Notes under the pieces: generated by a model
Told to the model about the DNA's origin: nothing
Databases searched by the model: none
What the model saw: the letters and a program-made list of their open reading frames with translations, nothing else
Shown: positions 1-9,407 of the stretch, piece by piece
Numbering within the stretch: the stretch's first letter is position 1
Layout of the letters: each line of letters opens with the position of its first letter
Source: an uncultured Christensenellaceae bacterium
GTDB taxonomy: Bacteria; Bacillota; Clostridia; Christensenellales; UBA3700
Assembly (NCBI GenBank): GCA_944376205.1
Contig: CALWBV010000003.1
Span: 101,678-165,677, forward strand
DNA length: 64,000 nt
Direction: 5' to 3'
Program-made: the position numbers and the translations under genes

Positions 1-1
1 C

Positions 2-409
2 GATTTTGCGCATACGCCCGACGGAATATACAATCTTCTCAAAGAGGGAAGAAATATGACAAAAAACAAAATCATAACGATATTCGGATGCGGCGGAGAC
101 AGGGATGTCGGCAAGCGTCCTATTATGGGCAAAATTGCAAGCGAAATGAGCGACGTTGTAATAATAACGTCAGACAATCCTCGCACCGAAAGCAGAGAAT
201 CTATTGCCACGGACATACTTCAGGGCGTCAATCCCAAAGGCAAACTCTACGTTGAGCTTGACAGATCAAAAGCCGTAAAACTCGGTATCGAACTTGCCGA
301 AAAAGGAGACGTGGTCTTTATTGCGGGAAAAGGAAGCGAAAATTATATTGACGAAAACAATGTAAAGACTCCTTACAGCGATATGCAGGAAGTTATGCGT
401 TGGCTATAA
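2..409 (+). CDS. murE: UDP-N-acetylmuramoyl-tripeptide synthetase MurE, C-terminal fragment (5' end upstream of window)
   Basis: The frame is open from base 2 (DFAHTPDG...). TIFGCGGDRDxGKRP and ITSDNPR motifs are typical of the MurE C-terminal domain. It lies directly upstream of mraY, as in Bacillus-type dcw clusters. Confidence 0.8.
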   Translation, partial: DFAHTPDGIYNLLKEGRNMTKNKIITIFGCGGDRDVGKRPIMGKIASEMSDVVIITSDNPRTESRESIATDILQGVNPKGKLYVELDRSKAVKLGIELAEKGDVVFIAGKGSENYIDENNVKTPYSDMQEVMRWL

Positions 410-421
410 TCGGAGTTGAGT

Positions 422-1429
422 ATGAGTGTAGAAATTAAGTTGATTTTGGCAGTACTGTTTCCTTTTGTCGTGGGATTGTTGTTGTCTCCGCTGATTATAA
501 GAGTTATGAGGGCGCTCAAAGCCGGGCAGCCCATACTCGAATACGTGGACAAGCACGAGGGAAAGAGCGGAACTCCTACTATGGGCGGATTGATTTTTCT
601 TTTGCCGATGGCGCTCACGAGCGTGATTTTCAATATAGGCGGCGAGAGGAGCGGTATCGTCGCTATGGCAGTAACATTAAGCTATGGCGCCGTAGGTTTG
701 CTTGACGATTTTCTAAAAGTAAAACTTCACCACAATATGGGCTTAAAAGCTTATCAGAAAGTAATAGGACAGGTGGGAATTGCGATAATCGCTACCGTGT
801 ATTGCTATAGGAATTTTTTTATCGGCACTCAAATTTCTTTACCTTTTACGGACAAGACTATTGATTTGCAGTGGTGGTATATTCCTCTTTGTCTTTTGGT
901 ATATCTGGCTACGACGAATGCGGTTAATCTTACGGACGGTCTTGACGGTCTTGTGGCAAAGTCTTCATCGGTCAATTTTGTTTTTCTTACCGTTATTGTC
1001 TATGTGTTATATTACAATACTAAAGTAATGGGGCAAACGTTTTATGCAGGGCATCTGCTGTCGCTTTGTTTTTTCTGTGCGGCGATGCTTGGCGGCATGC
1101 TTGCTTTTTTATGGCAAAACAATTATCCTGCAAAAATATTTATGGGAGATACAGGATCGCTGGCGACAGGCGGAGCTATTGCAAGTATAGCATTGTTCAG
1201 TTCGCAACCTCTTATTATTCTTTTTGTAGGCATAATGTATATAGTATCGTGCATATCAGTAATAGTGCAGGTGATAAGTTTTAAGGTCAGGAAAAAACGT
1301 GTGTTTTTGATTGCGCCTTATCATCATCACCTCGAATATAAAGGTGTGCACGAGAACAGAATTACGGGCTTTTATGCTTTGATAACGTTTTTGATGAGCG
1401 GAGTTGCTTTGATATCTGTCCTCGTATAG
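422..1429 (+). CDS. mraY: phospho-N-acetylmuramoyl-pentapeptide transferase MraY
   Basis: Polytopic membrane protein with MGGLIFL, NAVNLTDGLDGL and FMGDTGSLA motifs. ATG 422 sits 6 nt after GGAG; the track's TTG 416 abuts the SD. Confidence 0.9.
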   Translation: MSVEIKLILAVLFPFVVGLLLSPLIIRVMRALKAGQPILEYVDKHEGKSGTPTMGGLIFLLPMALTSVIFNIGGERSGIVAMAVTLSYGAVGLLDDFLKVKLHHNMGLKAYQKVIGQVGIAIIATVYCYRNFFIGTQISLPFTDKTIDLQWWYIPLCLLVYLATTNAVNLTDGLDGLVAKSSSVNFVFLTVIVYVLYYNTKVMGQTFYAGHLLSLCFFCAAMLGGMLAFLWQNNYPAKIFMGDTGSLATGGAIASIALFSSQPLIILFVGIMYIVSCISVIVQVISFKVRKKRVFLIAPYHHHLEYKGVHENRITGFYALITFLMSGVALISVLV

Positions 1430-1437
1430 GAGGATAT

Positions 1438-2745
1438 GTGAAAAAAGTACTTGTCGTAGGTTACGGTATCAGTGGCAGAGGTGCGGCAAAACTTCTCAAT
1501 GCAAAAGGTTATTCGGTAAGTGTATATTCGGATAAGCCCGTAGAAAATACCGAGTTTGTCGAAGACGTAAGTTCGCTTACGGAGTTTGAGGCGATAGCGG
1601 ACAAGGAGTTTATTGTTGTGAGTCCGGGCATCGATCCAGACCATAAAATCGTAAGCTGTGCGAGACGTTTAGGAGTGCCCGTAATAGGCGAACTCGAACT
1701 CGGATACAGATATTGCAAAGGCAAAATCATTGCCGTTACGGGAACAAACGGAAAGACTACCACTACCAAACTTATCGGAGAGATAATAGCAAAAAGCGGT
1801 AAAAAAGCATATACGCTCGGAAATATCGGCAATTCTTTTTGCGAAAACGTTTTACATATAAATTCTGACGATACGGTCGTCTTGGAAGTTTCGTCTTTTC
1901 AGTTGGAGACGATAAAGGACTTTTGTCCGCACGTCGCGACATGTCTCAATATTACGCCTGACCATTACGAGAGACATAAGAATTTCGAAAATTACGCATA
2001 TCAAAAATTCAAGATATTCATTAATCAAAAGGACAGCGATTTCGCTATCCTCAATTACGACGATCCTACGGTAAGGGATTTTTACGACGCTGTAAATTCT
2101 AAAGTTTATTTTATAAGTACGAAAAGCAAAGTCAAAGGAAGTTATTTGGAGGACAACAAAATCATGGTGGATTTAGACGGAGCATATCCTCTTATGTCGA
2201 TTGACGAAGTTCCGCTTAAGGGTGGCTACAATTATCAAAATGTAATGGCTGCCGTTGTTGCGGCAAAGCTTGTCGGCATAGCCGACGACAGTATTGTCGA
2301 GGGTATAAAACAGTTCAGTTTGCCCAGATACAGGAATGAATTTATTACGCAAATCGACGGCAAGAATTATTACAACGATTCCAAGGCGACAAACATTGAC
2401 AGTACTCTTAAAGCTTGCGAATCCATGCAAGGGGACACGGCGTTGATAGTCGGAGGATATGACAAGGGAATAGCTTATGACGGATTTTTCTCCAAATTAC
2501 CCGCACAGATAAAGCATATAATTGCTACCGGCGACAACGTATATTCGATAATGTCTTTTTTACCTACATACAGGGATTATACTTTTGAGATAACGTCTTC
2601 GCTAGAAAGAGCGGTTGAACTTGCAGGACAAAAACCTGTCAAGAATATTCTGTTTTCTCCCACTACTTCGAGTTTTGACAGATATTCTGGCTATGAAGAG
2701 AGGGGCGCACATTTCGATATGATAGTAAAAAGCATTATGAGTTGA
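1438..2745 (+). CDS. murD: UDP-N-acetylmuramoylalanine--D-glutamate ligase MurD
   Basis: GTG start after TAGGAGGA. VVGYGISG Rossmann N-terminus, GTNGKTTT P-loop, and dcw cluster position. Confidence 0.9.
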   Translation: MKKVLVVGYGISGRGAAKLLNAKGYSVSVYSDKPVENTEFVEDVSSLTEFEAIADKEFIVVSPGIDPDHKIVSCARRLGVPVIGELELGYRYCKGKIIAVTGTNGKTTTTKLIGEIIAKSGKKAYTLGNIGNSFCENVLHINSDDTVVLEVSSFQLETIKDFCPHVATCLNITPDHYERHKNFENYAYQKFKIFINQKDSDFAILNYDDPTVRDFYDAVNSKVYFISTKSKVKGSYLEDNKIMVDLDGAYPLMSIDEVPLKGGYNYQNVMAAVVAAKLVGIADDSIVEGIKQFSLPRYRNEFITQIDGKNYYNDSKATNIDSTLKACESMQGDTALIVGGYDKGIAYDGFFSKLPAQIKHIIATGDNVYSIMSFLPTYRDYTFEITSSLERAVELAGQKPVKNILFSPTTSSFDRYSGYEERGAHFDMIVKSIMS

Positions 2746-2752
2746 GGTTGAC

Positions 2753-3868
2753 GTGAAAAAGAGGTTAAGTCTTGAAAGTACAGGGGTCATCGTCTGTGCG
2801 ACAGTCCTTTCCCTGATAGGTCTCGTGATGCAATACAGCGCCAGTTGTTATGCCGCCGAAACACAATTCGGAGATGCTTTTTACTATGTAAAAAAGCAGG
2901 CGATTTCACTTGTTGTCGCAATTGTCGTTATGGTTGGGGCGAGATATATTAAGACGGATTATCTTTACAAAGCGAGATATATTATACTTGCCACATCGTG
3001 CATGCTTCTTGCGATGGTATTTATACCGGGAATAGGTGTAGAGAATTACGGCGCTACTAGATGGATAAATCTCGGATTTACTACTTTTCAGCCCTCTGAC
3101 ATAGCGAAATTCGGTCTGGTGATTTTTATTGCTTCGTGTCTGAATAAGAAAAGTGCACTTACTTTTAGAAACATGATGCCTATACTTTTGGCGACGTTGG
3201 CGGTTTGCGGACTTATTATGCTTGAACCAAACATGTCTGTCACTATGTGCGTAGGATTGAGTGTGATTATCATGCTGTTTGCGGGCGGATGCAGGTTGAA
3301 ACATTTTGCTATAATGGCGATTCCCGTAGTCATAGGAGTAGTGGCGCTTATATTTATGGAGCCTTACAGACTCAAAAGACTTATGGCTTTTGTCGATCCG
3401 TGGGCGTCTCCTTTGGGAGAAGGTTATCAGCTTATCCAGTCATATTATGCTTTGGGAAGCGGAGGCCTTTTCGGGTTGGGACTTTTTAATTCGCGCCAAA
3501 AGTATCTGTTTCTGACTTTTTCCGAGAGCGATTTTATACTTTCGATAATAGGAGAGGAATTAGGTTGGGTAGGAGTTGTGATATTGCTTCTGATATTTAT
3601 CGCACTGATAATATGCGGCGTTCGTATTGCCATGCGGGCAACCGACAGATTCGACGGATATCTTGCCGTAGGTATTACTGCGGTAATCGCAGTGCAAACA
3701 TTGTTGAACGTTGCGGTGGTGTCGGGAAGCATACCTCCAACGGGATTGCCTTTGCCGTTTGTGAGCAACGGCGGAACTTCACTCGTGTGTTTTATGGCAA
3801 GCATAGGTATCCTTGTCAATATTGACTCTAAATCACAACAAAGTTTTGCAAATCATAAGATATATTGA
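2753..3868 (+). CDS. ftsW: SEDS-family peptidoglycan polymerase FtsW/SpoVE
   Basis: About 10 TM segments with FQPSDIAKF, GLGxGxS-like and PFVSNGGTS motifs. It lies between murD and the division genes. Confidence 0.85.
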   Translation: MKKRLSLESTGVIVCATVLSLIGLVMQYSASCYAAETQFGDAFYYVKKQAISLVVAIVVMVGARYIKTDYLYKARYIILATSCMLLAMVFIPGIGVENYGATRWINLGFTTFQPSDIAKFGLVIFIASCLNKKSALTFRNMMPILLATLAVCGLIMLEPNMSVTMCVGLSVIIMLFAGGCRLKHFAIMAIPVVIGVVALIFMEPYRLKRLMAFVDPWASPLGEGYQLIQSYYALGSGGLFGLGLFNSRQKYLFLTFSESDFILSIIGEELGWVGVVILLLIFIALIICGVRIAMRATDRFDGYLAVGITAVIAVQTLLNVAVVSGSIPPTGLPLPFVSNGGTSLVCFMASIGILVNIDSKSQQSFANHKIY

Positions 3869-3921
3869 GAGCGCTTTCGGCGAAGAAAGCATGCCTAGGC
3901 TTATTACAACGGGAGAGAAAT

Positions 3922-5172
3922 ATGAAAGAATACATAATAGACGGAGGCTTGCCACTCGACGGCCAAGTAAATATTTGCGCTGCCAAGAACAGTGTGTTAC
4001 CGTTGATGGCGGCAAGCATTTTGACAGATGAAATCATAGTCCTGCACGATTGCCCCGATATAAGCGACGTGGAAAGTATGATTAAAATACTCGAAGGATT
4101 GGGAAGTAAAATAATAAAAAACGGCAGAGATCTCGTAATAGACAATTCGGCGGTAAACAATATGCAGATACCGGGAAGTCTTGCAAAAGAACTGCGTTCG
4201 TCTGTTTTTTTGTTGGGGTCTTTGTTGTCAAGACTCAAACAGGCAAAAGTCGCATATCCCGGAGGTTGCGACATAGGATTAAGACCTATAGACATACATA
4301 TAGCGGGACTTCGTGAACTCGGCATTGACATACAGGAGCTGGGTGGATACATAATATGTAATTCGCAAAACGCAAGCAGTGCGGATATAGTCCTCGATCT
4401 TCCCAGCGTAGGCGCAACGGAAAATCTTATGATGTCGGCGGTATTTCTCAAAGGTAAGACCGTCATCAGGAATTGCGCAAAAGAGCCCGAAATATCAGAT
4501 CTTCAGCGTTTTCTCAATACTATGGGCGCAAAGGTCAGAGGAGCGGGAAGCAGCGTCATAGTGGTAGAAGGAGTAGATAAACTTCACGGCACGGAGTACA
4601 CGCCTATACCCGACAGAATAGTTGCGGGAACTTATCTCATAGCGACGGCAATGTGCGGCGGAAACGTCGAGCTTATCAACGTCAACGCAGAGCATATATC
4701 TTCGCTTATATCTAAATTATCCAAAACCACTTGCAAAATATATATAAAAAATGATAGAATATTAATCAAGAGCAGAGGACGGCAAAAAAGTCTCGATTGC
4801 ATAGAAACTATGTATTATCCGGGATTTCCTACCGACCTTCAGTCCCAGATGATGGCGATGCAGTCCATATCCAAAGGTACGAGCGTTATAGTCGAGAATA
4901 TATTCGAGACGAGATTCAAGACGGCGGGCGAGCTCAAGAAACTCGGCGCAGACATTACCATAAAAGGAAGAGTGGCAGTCGTCAGAGGAGTCAAAGAGCT
5001 TGTCGGAGGAGAAGTCGTAGCCACAGATTTGAGAGGCGGCGCTTCACTCGTGCTTGCAGGGCTTGCGGCAAAAGGACAGACGATAGTCAAGGACATTCAT
5101 CATATAGACAGAGGTTACGAGGATATGTCGAGAATACTCGCCAGCCTCGGAGCAAACATAAGAAGGACATAG
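3922..5172 (+). CDS. murA: UDP-N-acetylglucosamine 1-carboxyvinyltransferase MurA
   Basis: GGGAGAG SD precedes ATG 3922. N-terminus ...GQVNICAAKNSVLPLMAASIL and active-site context YPGGCDIGLRPID are present. The track's longer ORF (3865) lacks an SD. Confidence 0.9.
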   Translation: MKEYIIDGGLPLDGQVNICAAKNSVLPLMAASILTDEIIVLHDCPDISDVESMIKILEGLGSKIIKNGRDLVIDNSAVNNMQIPGSLAKELRSSVFLLGSLLSRLKQAKVAYPGGCDIGLRPIDIHIAGLRELGIDIQELGGYIICNSQNASSADIVLDLPSVGATENLMMSAVFLKGKTVIRNCAKEPEISDLQRFLNTMGAKVRGAGSSVIVVEGVDKLHGTEYTPIPDRIVAGTYLIATAMCGGNVELINVNAEHISSLISKLSKTTCKIYIKNDRILIKSRGRQKSLDCIETMYYPGFPTDLQSQMMAMQSISKGTSVIVENIFETRFKTAGELKKLGADITIKGRVAVVRGVKELVGGEVVATDLRGGASLVLAGLAAKGQTIVKDIHHIDRGYEDMSRILASLGANIRRT

Positions 5173-5174
5173 AG

Positions 5175-5903
5175 ATGCACAAAAGGCTTTTGATTATTTT
5201 CGGAATAATTGCTACGGTAGTGTTGTTGGCAGTATTGCTGTACATTGTCTTTGCTGTAGGCAACGTAAGCGTCAATACTACCAACAATATTGCTTTAACC
5301 GAACAGCAAAAATCCGACATAATCAAGTTGAGCGGCATAAAAAGCGGCAATAATATTTTTGCAATCGACGAAGATATCGCAATTGAAAATATCGAAATCA
5401 GTTATCCCAAACTTAAAGTTCTTTCAATAGAAAGAAAATTCCCCAACAACGTTTATATTTATGTTACCGACCGAACAGGAATATTTTCTTTAAGACTTGC
5501 CGACGGAAGATATGCCGTACTGGACAGGGAACTTAAAGTTACCGAAATTTTGGCTGAAAACGACGATAAGCTTTGCGTTCTCGACGGCGTTGCTGTCACC
5601 AATGTAAAAGAAGGCTACGTGCTTGACGATTCGCAGATTCTTCTCACAATGATGAAGGGTGCAGAGAGATGTTCGTTTATCAATGCGAGATATTATTCGT
5701 TTATCCGCAAGACGCAGGTGTTTGACAAAGAAATATGGCTCACTACAAACACGGGTGTTATAATTTGTCTTCCTATTTCTTCCAATATAGACCAAAGCAT
5801 GATCAATGCATACGGTTATTATCTCGAACATACCAGCGATACTGGAAAAACAAGCGGAAAAATCGTGCTTTCTGAAGACGGTTGGGTATGGCAAAACAGT
5901 TGA
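5175..5903 (+). CDS. cell division protein DivIB/FtsQ-like (single N-terminal TM plus POTRA-like region)
   Basis: ATG 5175 comes 2 nt after the murA stop. One TM helix (LLIIFGIIATVVLLAVLLYIVF) is followed by an extracytoplasmic domain. The position just upstream of ftsA fits. The track's 4797 start overlaps murA out of frame. Confidence 0.6.
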   Translation: MHKRLLIIFGIIATVVLLAVLLYIVFAVGNVSVNTTNNIALTEQQKSDIIKLSGIKSGNNIFAIDEDIAIENIEISYPKLKVLSIERKFPNNVYIYVTDRTGIFSLRLADGRYAVLDRELKVTEILAENDDKLCVLDGVAVTNVKEGYVLDDSQILLTMMKGAERCSFINARYYSFIRKTQVFDKEIWLTTNTGVIICLPISSNIDQSMINAYGYYLEHTSDTGKTSGKIVLSEDGWVWQNS

Positions 5904-6000
5904 TTTAAGACCCTTTGCGTCTAAAAAAGTCAAGATAAATATTTTTTAATAAAATTTAGACATATTTTTGTATAATTTTTTTAAAGTTTTTGCATTCTTA

Positions 6001-6029
6001 TTGACAACTTATTATTATAATATTATAAT
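6001..6029 (+). promoter_or_regulatory. consensus sigma-A promoter of ftsA-ftsZ
   Basis: TTGACA (6001-6006), 17-nt spacer, TATAAT (6024-6029). The -10 ends 6 nt before the ftsA ATG. It is embedded in a 20-bp perfect AT palindrome (6012-6031). Confidence 0.7.
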
Positions 6030-6035
6030 AAAATT

Positions 6036-7229
6036 ATGAGAGAAGAGATTGCAGTATTGGATATCGGTTCAGGCAAAATCGTATTCGCCGTAGGTCAAAA
6101 ATCCTCCGACGAAATATTCAATATAAAAAATTTTGCGTCCGTACAATATCCCGGATACTATAAAGGCGAATGGGTAGACAAAGAATCTCTCGCTACTTAT
6201 ATCGCAGAAGCGGTCTCGAAAAGCGGGTATAATCTAAAAAACAAAACTCTCTATGTATCCGTTCCTGCAGAATTTACTTTTGTAAAAACCAACGGACTTC
6301 TCACTAATCTCAAAAAGAAGAAGACTATCGGCGAAAAAATGATAAAAGATATTCACAACAAAGCCGACAGCTTCAAGGTTGCGGATTACAGCGTATTGTG
6401 TTCGTCGGCTATCGAGTATGTTCTCGACGGAGAAACGCATACCATTACGCCTATCGGCGAGAGTGCAAGCAGTATATATGCAAACATGTCATATATTTTC
6501 TGCAAAAACGATTTTATACGTACTGTGTGCGATATCTCTGCAAAAGTAGGATTCAAATACGTCAAGTTCATCGACGGCCTATGGGCAGAGGGTACACAGC
6601 TTATAGACGAACAGGCGAGAGTAAACGGAGCCGTTTTGATTGATGTCGGATATGCTTCGACGACATTTGCTTTTGTCAAGGGCGATGGCATAAAATATAA
6701 AAACAGCGCTTCTTTCGGTTACGGATTTATGGTCGACGCTTTAGCCGGTGCGCTCAACGTAAATTACTATATCGCCGAAAATATGCTTGGTCAAATCACT
6801 CTCAATATTGACAGCGACGAGACCAGTACATATCAATACACGGTAGGCAACGTGCAGTACGAGTGCAGAGCGAGAGATATCAACAATCTTTTGCATTGTC
6901 TTATAGCAGATAATCTCGTGGATTTTGTCAATTCCAATATCTACCGCATTAAGGAGTTGGACGATATGACGAATTCACGTTCGGGCTATTCGGGAAAACC
7001 CGTCAGCTCGATAAACTATCTCACTGACTTTTATCTCACGGGTGGCGGTTTAAGCGAGATAAGAGGTGCGGTAAAATATTTTGAGCGACTTCTTGCCAAA
7101 GAAGTAAAAATGCTCAAAGGCAAAACGGCAGGTTGGGACAAGCCTTACTTTGCTTCTACGTTCGCAACACTCGAGGTAGCGGACAAGCTCAATACGAAAA
7201 ACAGTTTATTACAAAAAATATTTGGTTAA
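6036..7229 (+). CDS. ftsA: cell division protein FtsA (actin/Hsp70-fold)
   Basis: N-terminal phosphate-1 motif VLDIGSGKIVFAVG, later LIDVGYASTT and LTGGGLSEI motifs. It lies immediately upstream of ftsZ. Confidence 0.8.
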   Translation: MREEIAVLDIGSGKIVFAVGQKSSDEIFNIKNFASVQYPGYYKGEWVDKESLATYIAEAVSKSGYNLKNKTLYVSVPAEFTFVKTNGLLTNLKKKKTIGEKMIKDIHNKADSFKVADYSVLCSSAIEYVLDGETHTITPIGESASSIYANMSYIFCKNDFIRTVCDISAKVGFKYVKFIDGLWAEGTQLIDEQARVNGAVLIDVGYASTTFAFVKGDGIKYKNSASFGYGFMVDALAGALNVNYYIAENMLGQITLNIDSDETSTYQYTVGNVQYECRARDINNLLHCLIADNLVDFVNSNIYRIKELDDMTNSRSGYSGKPVSSINYLTDFYLTGGGLSEIRGAVKYFERLLAKEVKMLKGKTAGWDKPYFASTFATLEVADKLNTKNSLLQKIFG

Positions 7230-7244
7230 TCGGAGGTGCATATT

Positions 7245-8504
7245 ATGCCAGAGGAATACAAGTTGCAGACAGCAACAAAAATTAAAGTCGTAGGTGTAGG
7301 CGGTTGCGGCGCAAATGCGGTCAACAGTATGATCGATTTCGGCGTTACCGACGTTGATTTTTACGTAGTAAATACCGATCTTCAACACCTTAACATGTCA
7401 AAGGTTGACGAAGACAAGAGAATACAGATTGGCGTTGAACTCACAAGAGGTCAGGGCGCAGGAGCTAAACCCGAAATCGGTGAAAAAGCCGCAGAGGAAT
7501 CGAGAAAAACTTTGATGGATATGCTCGAGAATACCGACCTTTTGTTTATCGCTGCAGGTATGGGCGGCGGTACGGGTACCGGTGCTTCTCCCGTTATAGC
7601 AAAACTTGCGAGAGAACTCAATCCCGACATGCTCATAATTGCAATCGTAACAAAGCCTTTCAGATTCGAAGCAGGCAAGATGTCAGTTGCAGAAGCAGGT
7701 ATCGAAAAACTCAAACAGTATGTCGATTCGCTTATCGTTATTCCCAACCAGAAATTGCTCGAATACGACAAAAACATTCTCATGACGGAGGCTTATTCTA
7801 AAGCCAACGAAATCCTTAAGAATTCAATCAAGAGCATAAGCGATCTTATCAACTATCCTAGTCTTGTAAATCTTGACTTTGCAGACATCAAGACTATCAT
7901 GAAAGGTAAAGGCTATTCGCATATGGGAATAGGCGAGTGTGAAGGCGACAGCTCGTCAGACAGAATGCTCAAAGCAGTAAAGATGGCTGCAAATGCAGAT
8001 ATTCTCAATACGAGTATTGCAGGAGCAACAGGAATCATCTTCAGCATTCAGACAGGTTATGACCTTACCAACGGCGAACTCGAAGATGCAAACAATTATA
8101 TCTCCAGTCTTATTTCAAAAGACGTGACCTATATTTTCGGTCACAGCTTTGATAAGAATATGAACAATAAGGTAGTCGTTACGTTGATTGCAACGGGTTG
8201 CAAGGCGGACAATCTCCCTCCTCAACAGCAGCAGCCTGTGCAAGGTCAGATGCAGGGACAGATGAGACCTAATTTCAGCAATATTGCTCAACAGCAGATA
8301 AGACCCCGCATTTTCGATAATGCTCAACAGGGAGCAAATCCTTCGGGTATGCAACCTCAAGCTCCCAGACCTCAGCAAATGCCCAATCAACAACCTATGC
8401 AGCAGCCTGTTCAGCCCAGAATAGATTCTGTGCCCAAACAACAGGAAAATAATCCCGAACCTCCTTCTTTCATGAAGAGACTTTTCGGTAAAAGAAACGG
8501 CTGA
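7245..8504 (+). CDS. ftsZ: cell division GTPase FtsZ
   Basis: GGAGGTG SD then ATG 7245. GVGGCGANAV and the tubulin signature GGGTGTGA are present. A Q/P-rich linker is followed by the conserved C-terminal peptide PSFMKRLF. Confidence 0.95.
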   Translation: MPEEYKLQTATKIKVVGVGGCGANAVNSMIDFGVTDVDFYVVNTDLQHLNMSKVDEDKRIQIGVELTRGQGAGAKPEIGEKAAEESRKTLMDMLENTDLLFIAAGMGGGTGTGASPVIAKLARELNPDMLIIAIVTKPFRFEAGKMSVAEAGIEKLKQYVDSLIVIPNQKLLEYDKNILMTEAYSKANEILKNSIKSISDLINYPSLVNLDFADIKTIMKGKGYSHMGIGECEGDSSSDRMLKAVKMAANADILNTSIAGATGIIFSIQTGYDLTNGELEDANNYISSLISKDVTYIFGHSFDKNMNNKVVVTLIATGCKADNLPPQQQQPVQGQMQGQMRPNFSNIAQQQIRPRIFDNAQQGANPSGMQPQAPRPQQMPNQQPMQQPVQPRIDSVPKQQENNPEPPSFMKRLFGKRNG

Positions 8505-8553
8505 TAAAGCAGTTGTCAACGGTAATATCAATCAGATTTTATCTTAAAACACA

Positions 8554-8614
8554 TAACGAAAAAAGTTTCAATCGACAAGATTGGAACTTTTTTTTGTGCG
8601 TTAAAAGTTATAAT
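8554..8614 (+). promoter_or_regulatory. spoIIG-type promoter with 22-bp spacer and Spo0A-box-like heptamers
   Basis: TTGGAA (8581-8586), 22-nt spacer, TATAAT (8609-8614). 0A-box-like TAACGAA (8554-8560) and ATCGACA (8571-8577, reverse complement TGTCGAT) each match 6/7. Confidence 0.5.
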
Positions 8615-8620
8615 ACGCAT

Positions 8621-9394
8621 ATGCAGGTTTACATAGAATACGTTGTGCTTAATAATCTGTTGATAAATGCGCTCGTACTTGTACTTACGCTGAAGTTCTG
8701 CAGATGGAAAATCAATAAGATCGCAGTGTTTTTTGCCTCGGCAATAGGCACGGTATATGCAGTATTTTTACCTCTGTGCGATTTGTTGAATTTTTTTATA
8801 TTCAAAATAATTTTATCGGCTGTTATGGTAGCGGCAACGACAGGAAAGTGTAAACCGAAAAAATACCTGACAATATATGCGGTTTTTCTTTCTCTTACTT
8901 TTGCGCTAGGCGGCATAACAGAAGGATTGACGAGTTTGTTTGGCAAAGGACTCGATACAAATGCTTCATTGTTACCTTTTTATGTGGGTGCGGCAGGTAT
9001 TTGTCTTGTATGCTTGCAACAGCTTCTTTTTAAGTATATAGTACTCGCACGGCGTAAAAACATGTACGTCAGCGACGTGGAAATAGCGGCAAACGGAAAA
9101 ACGGTAAAATGTAAAGCGTATTTTGATAGCGGCAACCGTCTATATTATCACAATAAACCCACTGTGATAGTTGACGAAAGCGTAGCTTTACAACTATACC
9201 GCCCGGAACAGCTTTCCGATATTCACAGCGATACGTACGTCGGTACGGTAGCGGGACAAAAAAAAGTTAAAGTCTTCCCACTCGAATACTTGTGCGTAAA
9301 AGGTACTCAAGATAAAATTTACGGCGTAATGGCAGCTATCTCCGATCATCTGAACGGAGAATATAAAGTTGTCCTTCACTGTGATTTGCAATAG
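8621..9394 (+). CDS. spoIIGA: sigma-E processing aspartic protease SpoIIGA
   Basis: N-terminus [22 protein letters not shown] parallels B. subtilis SpoIIGA. Membrane N-domain and DSG active-site motif (YFDSGN) are present. It is followed by pro-sigE. Confidence 0.85.
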   Translation: MQVYIEYVVLNNLLINALVLVLTLKFCRWKINKIAVFFASAIGTVYAVFLPLCDLLNFFIFKIILSAVMVAATTGKCKPKKYLTIYAVFLSLTFALGGITEGLTSLFGKGLDTNASLLPFYVGAAGICLVCLQQLLFKYIVLARRKNMYVSDVEIAANGKTVKCKAYFDSGNRLYYHNKPTVIVDESVALQLYRPEQLSDIHSDTYVGTVAGQKKVKVFPLEYLCVKGTQDKIYGVMAAISDHLNGEYKVVLHCDLQ

Positions 9395-9407
9395 TGCGGA
9401 GGTGCCT

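Noticed and set aside
4797-5174. The track ORF for DivIB/FtsQ has a long N-terminal extension (start 4797).
   Set aside because: The extension overlaps murA out of frame for 376 nt and translates to an R/S-rich nonsense-like sequence. ATG 5175, right after the murA stop, gives a normal short cytoplasmic tail plus a TM.
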